DNA of 64,000 bases, taken from positions 1,394,400-1,458,399 of the forward strand of contig NZ_CP121327.1 in assembly GCF_043584775.1 (NCBI RefSeq). Reading direction: 5' to 3'. The stretch comes from Hyphobacterium sp. Its GTDB lineage: Bacteria; Pseudomonadota; Alphaproteobacteria; Caulobacterales; Maricaulaceae. Positions 41,478 through 48,742 of this stretch are shown here, one piece after another. The stretch's first letter is position 1, and each line of letters starts with the position of its first letter. Both the position numbers and the translations under genes were made by a program. The notes under the pieces are model-generated. The model was given only the letters and a program-made list of their open reading frames with translations. It was not told where the DNA came from and did no database searches.

Positions 41478-41576
41478 CCCTATTGAGGCTTTGCAGGCGG
41501 TCTTAATCTGGCGTCACTAGAATTGCATCATCCCTATTGAAGCCTGTGCCGCACAATGTCCTGACCCTATTGAGGC
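41478..41576 (+). repeat. Three direct copies of the 12-mer CCCTATTGA(G/A)GC in the AT-rich intergenic region upstream of the DUF3644-like gene
   Basis: Copies lie at 41478-41489, 41532-41543 (one mismatch) and 41565-41576. The last copy ends 67 nt before the ATG at 41643. Confidence 0.8.
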
Positions 41577-41642
41577 CTACTCGCTGGCGTAAAATTCTAG
41601 AATCCTTACTATCGCCGAAGTTGATAGGCGAATGGGATTAAA

Positions 41643-42830
41643 ATGGCAAAGCCACGCGCGACCCTTGAACGAGCAGAAATTGCTATCGTGAAGGCGATGG
41701 TGAAAACCAAGAAGTATAATGATCAGCAAATTCTTGCGTTTTTCACCCGACCAACTCGCTCCATCAATCATCGCGTTATCGGTGAAATTCGCAGTAATAC
41801 GAAGTATGCCAATATCAAAGCTGCGTCAGAGTCACAGTTGGATCAGTTTCTTGATCGATGGCCGGACGTTGATCCAGAAACCGGATTAAGTAATAGCGGC
41901 GATGAACTGTTGATCAAAGCTCGTGAGGCGATGATAGCGGCTGTCCATATATTCAACGGTGCTGGGCTCACGTTCCGCTCAGAACTGTTCATCGTGACCG
42001 CAGTGATTGCATGGACCTACCTCTGCCATTCTTGGTTCAATAAGCACGGTATTGATTATCGCCATCGCGATACCAAAGGAAACGTCGTTAAGACCGCGGA
42101 AGGCGCCGAAAAGTACTGGGAGCTAAGCCAGTGTTTGAAACATGGTGACCTACCTATTTCCGAGGGCGGCAAGATAAATCTCCGGTTTCTGTTGGAACTT
42201 CGACATGAAATCGAACACCGTTCAACCTCGGCCATCGACGACAGCGTTGGAGCCCAATTGCAGGCTTGCTGCATCAATTTCAATAACTTCATCCGTGAAG
42301 AGTTTGGCAGACAATTCGGCTTGGAAAAGCGACTTCCCATCGCGCTCCAGTTCGTGACTTTTGATAACCGACAGCGTGCTGAACTGATATCGGCTGATCT
42401 ACCAGCCAATATATCGTCAATGTTGGAAACCTTTCGGAACAAGCTGACGCAGGAACAATTTGCTGATCTTGACTATGCCTACAGAGTGATTTTCGTACCC
42501 AAAATCGCCAACAGCAAAAGCAAAGCCGATGTTGCCGTTGAATTCGTTAAAGCGGACTCGCAAGAGGCAATCGATGCAAATGCTGTCTTCTTGAAAGAAA
42601 CCGACAAGAAGAGATATTTACCGTCAGCTGTTGTGAAACTGATGCAAGACGAAGGTTATTCGAAATTCAAAATGCATGACCACACCGAACTTTGGCAGTC
42701 GCTTGATGCAAGAAACCCGGCAAAAGCATTTGGAACACAAGGTGACTACAAAGGCTCTTGGGTTTGGTACGAGAATTGGGTTGAGCGGGTTCGTGCCCAT
42801 TGTGAAGAAAACGCCGAGCAATATCGATGA
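41643..42830 (+). CDS. DUF3644-like hypothetical protein (AT-rich orphan)
   Basis: 395-aa ORF. The segment ELLIKAREAMIAAVHIFNGAGLTFRSELFIVTAVIAWTYLCHSW resembles the DUF3644 core as I remember it. This is the most AT-rich gene in the island. Confidence 0.4.
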   Translation: MAKPRATLERAEIAIVKAMVKTKKYNDQQILAFFTRPTRSINHRVIGEIRSNTKYANIKAASESQLDQFLDRWPDVDPETGLSNSGDELLIKAREAMIAAVHIFNGAGLTFRSELFIVTAVIAWTYLCHSWFNKHGIDYRHRDTKGNVVKTAEGAEKYWELSQCLKHGDLPISEGGKINLRFLLELRHEIEHRSTSAIDDSVGAQLQACCINFNNFIREEFGRQFGLEKRLPIALQFVTFDNRQRAELISADLPANISSMLETFRNKLTQEQFADLDYAYRVIFVPKIANSKSKADVAVEFVKADSQEAIDANAVFLKETDKKRYLPSAVVKLMQDEGYSKFKMHDHTELWQSLDARNPAKAFGTQGDYKGSWVWYENWVERVRAHCEENAEQYR

Positions 42831-42897
42831 AAACGGATATCCTGCACCGCATTTAGTTGCAGAAATTCATTGGGCGCCCCATCTGCAATTTCCCAGC

Positions 42898-43534
42898 ATG
42901 ATGGAGCCCCACCATAATCATCGGATACGCACGAACATCGACATCTGACCAAACCGCAGGCCTCGAAGCCCAGATCACAGAACTGACCAAAGCTGGCGCC
43001 GATCGCATCTTTCAGGAACAGGTTTCCAGCGTCACCAAGCGGGACGAACTGGAAGCGGCCCTTGATTATCTTCGTGATGACGACGTGCTTATGGTCACCA
43101 AACTTGATCGTCTTGCCCGGTCTGTTTCTGACCTTATGAGGGTCATCGAACGTATCAAAAACCGAAACGCATCATTGCGTATTCTTGCCATGAATTTGGA
43201 TACTGAATCTGCCACCGGGAAGCTGATGATCTCGATCCTTGGATCAGTGGCTGAATTCGAAAGAGAGATCATGCTGGAACGTCAGCGTGAAGGCATTTCA
43301 AAAGCCAAGGCCGCCGGAAAATACAAAGGTCGTGCCCCAACCGCCCGACATAAGGCTGAACAGGTTTTGGGTTTGATTGGAAAGGGTTGGAAGCAGGCGG
43401 ATGTTGCAGTCGAATTGGGGATATCTCGGTCCAGCGTTCAGCGGATCGTCCGCAATGATATAGAAAACGGCCGTGAAGATGACCGCGGCGGTGGCCTCAC
43501 TCTTCCGGGAGTCGCGAACTATGGGAATAAATGA
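42898..43534 (+). pseudogene. Serine recombinase (resolvase/invertase family) with a frameshift at its extreme 5' end
   Basis: The frame open from 42902 encodes ..PTIIIGYARTSTSDQTAGLEAQITELTKAGADRIFQEQVSS...DVLMVTKLDRLARS...AEFEREIMLERQREGI and a C-terminal HTH (LGISRSSVQRIV). This frame has no start codon. ATGATG at 42898-42903 is in the adjacent frame, and removing one C from the C4 run at 42907-42910 would give MMEPTIIIGYARTSTSDQ. The ORF track starts only at the internal GTG 43085, which would lack the catalytic Ser. Confidence 0.75.
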
Positions 43535-44024
43535 TCATTCGGCGATCCGCTTCGATTTCTCTCACATACAGCGACACAACAAGTCGAAATACGTCTTCAT
43601 CTCCCGCAGGCGATAACCGGCTGCCGCCAATCTGTATGACCAGAATATATCCGCCTTCAAGATAGAGAGCCGATGGTGGGCTGAATTGGACGTCATACCT
43701 CCCGCCGCCTTCGCACAAGCTTTCGAACCAAGCTGTGTTTCCGCCTAGCTGCCTTGCACTGTCCGTCGGAAAGCCAACGATCCATGCGTCATTGTTGACC
43801 ACCTGTTCAAACAACACCGCATCACATTCGTTCAGTGCCAGTTGATACGTGTTCAGGAGACCCAAGGCTCCGGGAATATTCGATTCGATGAATGCGGCGG
43901 TCTGACTATCCGGGTCTGGGAGTGATTGAGAAAAAACAGGAGCCGAGACAACGGCATTGCCCAGCATGACCAATATCGTTGGCAAACTAAGCCTTAACAT
44001 CAATGCGGAGCTTAATTCGGACAT
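43497..44024 (-). CDS. Hypothetical exported protein (possible NTF2/SnoaL-like fold)
   Basis: 175-aa ORF with an N-terminal hydrophobic signal-like segment (LSLPTILVMLGNAVVSAPVFSQ). Its 3' end overlaps the recombinase 3' end convergently by 38 nt. The fold guess rests only on size and pattern. Confidence 0.5.
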   Translation of the reverse strand: MSELSSALMLRLSLPTILVMLGNAVVSAPVFSQSLPDPDSQTAAFIESNIPGALGLLNTYQLALNECDAVLFEQVVNNDAWIVGFPTDSARQLGGNTAWFESLCEGGGRYDVQFSPPSALYLEGGYILVIQIGGSRLSPAGDEDVFRLVVSLYVREIEADRRMIIYSHSSRLPEE

Positions 44025-44968
44025 TGGGGCGCATCAGGCCCTGTGTAGGCTTCGGCGATTGTGGCAAGTCCTACACTAATTCGCCGATCATCAATGTGAT
44101 CAGGGTCTTCGTATTCGAGGATATTGATCTCGCCGTCTTGGCATCGCCAATGTGTTCCATAGCGCTGAGGCTGATCATTGTTGAGCAAAATCCGGTCAAC
44201 CAATCGTGCCAACAATCTCGGCTGGGCCCGTCCTTCTGCGACTTCATTCTCCAACATGGGAAGAAATGCTTCTTGTCGTTCTAGACTTCCATGTTGAAGA
44301 ATTAGCCATGCCGCATCAATTGCTGCATTCGGAGCCTCATCCAAAGCCGGCCAACCGTGTTCTTCAACAAACGCGTCCAAATACACGCCATTGGATTCGT
44401 CTGCCTCACACCATCGAAACGCTACCGCTTGCCAAATGTATTGAAACAACTCCGGGTTCTCTTCGACGAATTGAGGCTGATCTTGGCGTCGAACTCGCCG
44501 CCACCATTGATCAGACTCCAACCGCATAACCAATTCCCGATAAATATTACTCTCGGCAATATCCGCAACGGCTTCTTCTTGTGCCTGTAACAAGCGAAGG
44601 TCTTGCTCCATCATCCAACCTCTGCCCTGTTCCAACAGCGGTCGATAGTCAGCTAGTTCCTGATTACGTGTCGCCAGTATTCCACCCGCCGAAAAGCCTC
44701 TTGCGATACACGGCAACACACCTGACGGGATGGGGTCTCCGGGTTGATATCCCGCCTCTCTCGCCGGCGCTCGAAAACTGGCCCAAAGTTCAGCACTCGA
44801 TGAAACAACCTCTGGGTTTTGCATGGCTAGAATGTATGGGGACCAATCTGCCAAGACGGGATCGATCTGTCTGGATTCAATCCCGTTCAATAGTGCCAAA
44901 GCATCTTCAACATTGTCGGCCCAAGCAGTGCCAGAAATAAAAAGAATCCAGATGATCAAAATACGCAT
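44012..44968 (-). CDS. Exported protein, member 1 of a three-member island paralog family (possibly DUF6624-like)
   Basis: Signal peptide MRILIIWILFISGTAWA. The C-terminal block HGWPALDEAPNAAIDAAWLILQHGSLERQEAFLPML...LVDRILLNNDQPQRYGTHWRC...IDDRRISVGLATIAEAY aligns with 47891-48556 and 49916-50689. Confidence 0.6.
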   Translation of the reverse strand: MRILIIWILFISGTAWADNVEDALALLNGIESRQIDPVLADWSPYILAMQNPEVVSSSAELWASFRAPAREAGYQPGDPIPSGVLPCIARGFSAGGILATRNQELADYRPLLEQGRGWMMEQDLRLLQAQEEAVADIAESNIYRELVMRLESDQWWRRVRRQDQPQFVEENPELFQYIWQAVAFRWCEADESNGVYLDAFVEEHGWPALDEAPNAAIDAAWLILQHGSLERQEAFLPMLENEVAEGRAQPRLLARLVDRILLNNDQPQRYGTHWRCQDGEINILEYEDPDHIDDRRISVGLATIAEAYTGPDAPQCPN

Positions 44969-45194
44969 CGCGTGCCCCTGAGATATTGGCTCTGCGCGTA
45001 TTCAAAACCCGCCGCCCCCATAATTCAACTCGAAATTTAATTGAGTTGGTTCCGATGCGGGTTGCAACGTGCAGGTGGTTTCAGCCACGTTGTTTTGCAT
45101 GAAAGGTCGATACGTTCGGCGCGCTGACCTGCGCCCATAGTGGCCTCGTATATATTGCGAATCTGACCAGTGAAGCTGCGGTGTTTTTGACTCT

Positions 45195-45647
45195 CTATCT
45201 AAGCGCAGAGAGATGGCTGTGCTGGATGAGCATTGTTCCGGTATCATCTGGCGCAATGATCAACGTTACGCGCAAATTGTTTGGTGTGAGTTGACCTTCT
45301 GTGGAGATCATGTCGCCTAAGAAAACAGCCGCAATCGTGTGAACTTGGTTAAACGCCCAATGACGGTTGATTGTGACTTCGAAATTGAATGTCGTGCCGT
45401 TCTCGCAGAACGAACGAAACTGATTGATTGCTCCGGCTTTGTCAGCGCTTAGTTGGCCATGAACTCCAAAGCCAGCCCACTCTTCTGACGTAATTTCATC
45501 TAGCAACTCAGCGCTACATTGCTCGAAAACCTGTTCAAACTGGGCAAGCCACTCAAGTGCGGATGATCTGTCGCTCGGCTCCTGTGCGCTGGCAGCAGAA
45601 GCAATGCTCAAACAAACCGCGAGTTTCAGCATCTGCATCCTAGGCAT
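45195..45647 (-). CDS. Hypothetical exported protein (possible NTF2/SnoaL-like fold)
   Basis: Signal peptide MPRMQMLKLAVCLSIASAASAQ. 150 aa. It overlaps the upstream small membrane ORF by 8 nt. Confidence 0.5.
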   Translation of the reverse strand: MPRMQMLKLAVCLSIASAASAQEPSDRSSALEWLAQFEQVFEQCSAELLDEITSEEWAGFGVHGQLSADKAGAINQFRSFCENGTTFNFEVTINRHWAFNQVHTIAAVFLGDMISTEGQLTPNNLRVTLIIAPDDTGTMLIQHSHLSALR

Positions 45648-45870
45648 TGCGATCCATCTTCGTTGTGCTTTCGGCGGCCTGCCAGATTGTCATGGCAGTA
45701 ATAACTAATGCCACAACCAGCATTGAAAACGCAGCAGCGGCCCAGCCTGCAACAATCTCCCCTGTAGCAAGCCAACTGAATGCGGTCATAGTCAAAAAAG
45801 CCAATGCAAGCATCCAAAAGATAATGGCAGAAAAACGCAATCCACCGATCATTTTTATGATAGCCCTCAT
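45640..45870 (-). CDS. Small 2-TM membrane protein
   Basis: 76-aa ORF MRAIIKMIGGLRFSAIIFWMLALAFLTMTAFSWLATGEIVAGWAAAAFSMLVVALVITAMTIW. It is translationally coupled to 45195-45647. Confidence 0.45.
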   Translation of the reverse strand: MRAIIKMIGGLRFSAIIFWMLALAFLTMTAFSWLATGEIVAGWAAAAFSMLVVALVITAMTIWQAAESTTKMDRNA

Positions 45871-46063
45871 GCATACTCCAATGCTGTCGTATGTGGCACC
45901 GACCTACACGAGTGACAGCTTAAGTTTGAAGCGCCCCACCCTGCAAGCAGTGGTGTGGTCATGATAGCTGCGCCTAGGCAATTTCCTTTTACCCCCTCTG
46001 CTCGATGGTGGGAGTTGATATTTACAATTCGGACAAGGTCGAATTCGGGAAGCCAAATTCCAA

Positions 46064-46609
46064 TTAGCTAATCGCTCGATATAACGTCGACCGGGACACC
46101 CCCAACTGATCCGCAATCGACTGCATCGAGTGACCACCAGAAGATTTCAACTTCTTGGCCATCTGAATCTGATTGTCGGTCAATGCAACGGGACGCCCCA
46201 ACCGTATTCCTTTTGCCTTCGCATTTGCCAGACCGGAACGAGTGCGTTCACCGATTAGTGCCCGCTCATATTCAGCCAGCGCCCCAAATACATGGAACAC
46301 CAACCTTCCCCCAGCAGTAGTCGTGTTGATATCTTCTGTGAGTGAAATGAAACCGACATTCTGATCACCCAGATGATCCACGGTTTCAATCAGTTGTCGG
46401 AGGGAGCGCGCAAGCCGGTCCATTTTCCAGACCACCAGCACATCACCTTCACGGAGGTATTTCAGGGCTTCTAGAAGCTTCGGCCGATCACGCTGGGCAC
46501 CTGATGCAGATTCTTCGAAGATCATCTGACAGCCTGCTTCTTTCAAAGCGGCAATCTGCATCTCGTTTGATTGATCTTCGGTGCTTACCCGGGCGTAACC
46601 GACCTTCAT
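46064..46609 (-). CDS. Small serine recombinase (resolvase / Hin-Gin-type DNA invertase family), apparently intact
   Basis: The start is taken at MKVGYARVSTEDQSNEMQIAALKEAGCQMIFEESASGAQRDRPKLLEALKYLREGDVLVVWKMDRLARS. It continues GALAEYERALIGERTRSGL and ends with the HTH IADQLGVSRSTLYRAIS. About 181 aa. Confidence 0.9.
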   Translation of the reverse strand: MKVGYARVSTEDQSNEMQIAALKEAGCQMIFEESASGAQRDRPKLLEALKYLREGDVLVVWKMDRLARSLRQLIETVDHLGDQNVGFISLTEDINTTTAGGRLVFHVFGALAEYERALIGERTRSGLANAKAKGIRLGRPVALTDNQIQMAKKLKSSGGHSMQSIADQLGVSRSTLYRAIS

Positions 46610-46617
46610 GAATTCTC

Positions 46618-46683
46618 CTGTGCCAAAAACGGCTTCTGCAAATGGTGACACAGTTTGGAATTTCAAGAGGGTTTTTGACACAG
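46618..46683. promoter_or_regulatory. Candidate recombinase-binding (res/hix-like) or operator region immediately upstream of the serine recombinase
   Basis: A 13-bp inverted repeat CTGTGCCAAAAAC (46618-46630) / GTTTTTGACACAG (46671-46683) matches at 12 of 13 positions and has a 40-bp spacer. An extra direct TGACACAG lies at 46646-46653. The region starts 9 nt from the recombinase ATG. The half-site resembles the Hin hix half-site TTATCAAAAACC as I recall it. Confidence 0.4.
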
Positions 46684-46897
46684 CGAATGGATTGATATCC
46701 GATCCCCCGGTGGTCACTAGATGGTCGTGTCAGTTACGGTCGTTTTTGGGCCGCCGGTTTTTTGTGTCCAAATGGATTTTCACATTCGAACTTGCCGCAA
46801 CTGATATTGATTCACATCAATTTTGTGAAAATGCTTCTCATTCTTTCAAGTATTTCCGTTTTTCGCCGATTTATTTGAAAAATCGCCCTGCTCTCGT

Positions 46898-46927
46898 TTG
46901 ACGCTCCTGTCTTTGCGGGCCTAACAT
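46898..46927 (+). promoter_or_regulatory. Possible sigma70-type promoter for the Tat-repeat peptide gene
   Basis: TTGACG (46898-46903), then 18 nt, then TAACAT (46922-46927), about 60 nt upstream of the ATG at 46989. Pattern match only. Confidence 0.3.
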
Positions 46928-46988
46928 CCGCTTGCGAGGTATTCGGCCTTCGGGCTGACAGGCAAAAAAATCAGGGAGGCCCACTCAC

Positions 46989-47327
46989 ATGGCCAAAAAA
47001 GGTAAACTCAGCCGTCGTTCTTTTCTAACTCGCGTTGCTGGAACGACGCTAGCGGCAGGCGCCGCAGCTAGCATTACAGGTGTTGCTCTCGCTCAGAACA
47101 GAACCGGACGGACCGATTCCGACACCGGCAACAGTGCCGACCGCGCTGGTTATGGTAGAACCGGCGTTACCGACAGCGATACCGGCGGCAATTCTGACCG
47201 TGCCGGCTATGGCCGGGGAAGTTCTGTGGATCGTACCGGCTCAGGGCGCAACTGCTCGGACAGCGACTCAGGCAGCTATGCTGACCGTGCCGGCTATGGC
47301 CGTCGCTGCAACGATTCCGATCGCTAA
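46989..47327 (+). CDS. Tat-signal small secreted protein with Asp/Ser/Gly repeats
   Basis: GGGAGG lies 9 nt upstream of the ATG. The twin-arginine signal is MAKKGKLSRRSFLTRVAGTTLAAGAAASITGVALA. The mature part of about 77 aa contains three copies of [TC]DSD[TS]G-x2-3-DRAGYGR plus a degenerate copy, and two Cys residues. Confidence 0.7.
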   Translation: MAKKGKLSRRSFLTRVAGTTLAAGAAASITGVALAQNRTGRTDSDTGNSADRAGYGRTGVTDSDTGGNSDRAGYGRGSSVDRTGSGRNCSDSDSGSYADRAGYGRRCNDSDR

Positions 47328-47397
47328 TTTTTCTGGTCTCGGCGGCTAGTCCTCCGAACCAATCTTGTAGAGAAACCGGTCGTTTTTGACCAAGTGA

Positions 47398-47829
47398 CTA
47401 TTCGCCTTGATCTTTTGACCGAGCAGGAGGATCGCCCTCTTTACGTACTCCCATCGCTATCAGACGTCGCCTTAGTCCAGTGGGGTGACCATGAGTGCGT
47501 TGATATTCGGCTTCACGCTGCCGTCTGCTTTCCGTTCGCGACGTAGACTCTAAGCCCATGAGTCTGACGCGGATCAAATTCTCTATCGGTTCAATCAGCA
47601 GGACTTGTCCGCCATCAGTGAAAAAAGCGCCCCCAAACAGGAGCGGAAGTAACAATGCCGTCACCCAAGGCAGGTCCATGTAAAGGCGCAGAAATGCAAT
47701 GACACAAAAACTAATAAGCGAGCCTAGAACGCAGGCTATGACAAACGCGAAGAATAATGCGGCGCTTGCTCGTTTTTGCCATTCAACGCCGTCTTTGGGC
47801 ACAGTACCCTTGTCCTCTTGATTGTGCAT
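47398..47829 (-). CDS. Hypothetical membrane protein with a basic C-terminal tail
   Basis: 143-aa ORF with two or three hydrophobic helices (AALFFAFVIACVLGSLISFCVIAFL; WVTALLLPLLFGGAFF), followed by an Arg/Glu-rich cytoplasmic tail. Confidence 0.5.
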   Translation of the reverse strand: MHNQEDKGTVPKDGVEWQKRASAALFFAFVIACVLGSLISFCVIAFLRLYMDLPWVTALLLPLLFGGAFFTDGGQVLLIEPIENLIRVRLMGLESTSRTESRRQREAEYQRTHGHPTGLRRRLIAMGVRKEGDPPARSKDQGE

Positions 47830-47890
47830 GATCAGCTCAACCCTCGGCCGGGCAAGGCCATGAATTCAAGACTGCCGGGAACCCGTAATT

Positions 47891-48556
47891 TTAGCGACAT
47901 CGGTTTTCTGTGATTCTAGTTGTATATTGACCTATCGACCCGAGGCCAATTTCGGCCCTCCGATTGTCTACATTGTCACGGTCGACAATCGGAAACGGGA
48001 CGAAAACACCTTCATCGCAACGACCTTGCGATCCATAGAGTTGTTCGCCTTGTGTCCGCCAATGCACGCGGTCAACAAAAAGGGCATACTGTTGAGGCGA
48101 TAACACGTTGGCCGAAAACAACCCGTCAATGACCTCCATGCCATTCTGAGCGAGCCATACCTGATTATGATGGTGTTGCATCAGCAGCCAAATGCCGACG
48201 CCAACATCACTCGAAATGTAACCCGCGTTGGGCGCAATCAAATCGCCGCAATTTTCAATAATCTGTTGAACCAGTTCGTCGTGGGCCATGCTGACGTGAT
48301 AAGCTGCGTTATCGGTATATAATGTCAGCCTCTCTCCAAGCGGGGGATTTCCGATTCCGGGTGACCAATTTCGCCTAAGCAATTGGTCAACTTCGGCAGC
48401 AGCAAGCACCTGTTCGAACCTATTTTCACAAAGGACTATCCGGTCTCGTTCAACTTCATCAGCCTTTTCTGGCGCCAGAGCTGTTTCAGCGACGGTCGCT
48501 TGCATGCTGGCCAACACGATAATCCAAACAATGCTTGGCATGTCCCATACTTTCAA
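47891..48556 (-). CDS. Exported protein, member 2 of the island paralog family (possibly DUF6624-like)
   Basis: Signal-like N-terminus MKVWDMPSIVWIIVLASMQATVA. The C-terminal block GIWLLMQHHHNQVWLAQNGMEVI...FVDRVHWRTQGEQLYGSQGRC...VDNRRAEIGLGSIGQY is shared with the other two members. Confidence 0.6.
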   Translation of the reverse strand: MKVWDMPSIVWIIVLASMQATVAETALAPEKADEVERDRIVLCENRFEQVLAAAEVDQLLRRNWSPGIGNPPLGERLTLYTDNAAYHVSMAHDELVQQIIENCGDLIAPNAGYISSDVGVGIWLLMQHHHNQVWLAQNGMEVIDGLFSANVLSPQQYALFVDRVHWRTQGEQLYGSQGRCDEGVFVPFPIVDRDNVDNRRAEIGLGSIGQYTTRITENRCR

Positions 48557-48742
48557 TCTGCTCGTAAACTAAAAACCGACCTAACGCGCTTCCGGTTACA
48601 TCAGGCGCAAGACCGGACCTTTTGCGTTGAACGAAGGCAATTCACACCACCACCCTTATAGTTGAGTTGCTCCCAAAACTTCGCAATAGTTGCAAGCTAT
48701 TTTGAACACAACGGCCGTATCCACATAACCGCAGGGGCAATA

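Noticed and set aside
45904-46137. 77-aa minus-strand ORF spanning the 3' end of the recombinase gene and the downstream spacer.
   Set aside because: It overlaps the well-supported recombinase in another frame. It has no RBS and has Arg/Cys-rich, non-protein-like composition.
47080-47349. Alternative-frame ORF inside the Tat-peptide gene, and the DNA periodicity at 47090-47320.
   Set aside because: The frame starting at 46989 has the RBS and a canonical Tat signal. The DNA repeats are explained by the peptide repeats.
46616-47392. Attempt to define complete 26-bp hix/gix-type crossover sites (two inverted 12-bp half-sites around a 2-bp core) at the CGTTTTTG motifs.
   Set aside because: Only single half-site-like arms are convincing. 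The partner half-sites match at roughly 5-7 of 12 positions. I therefore report a motif cluster and an inverted pair, not proven recombination sites.
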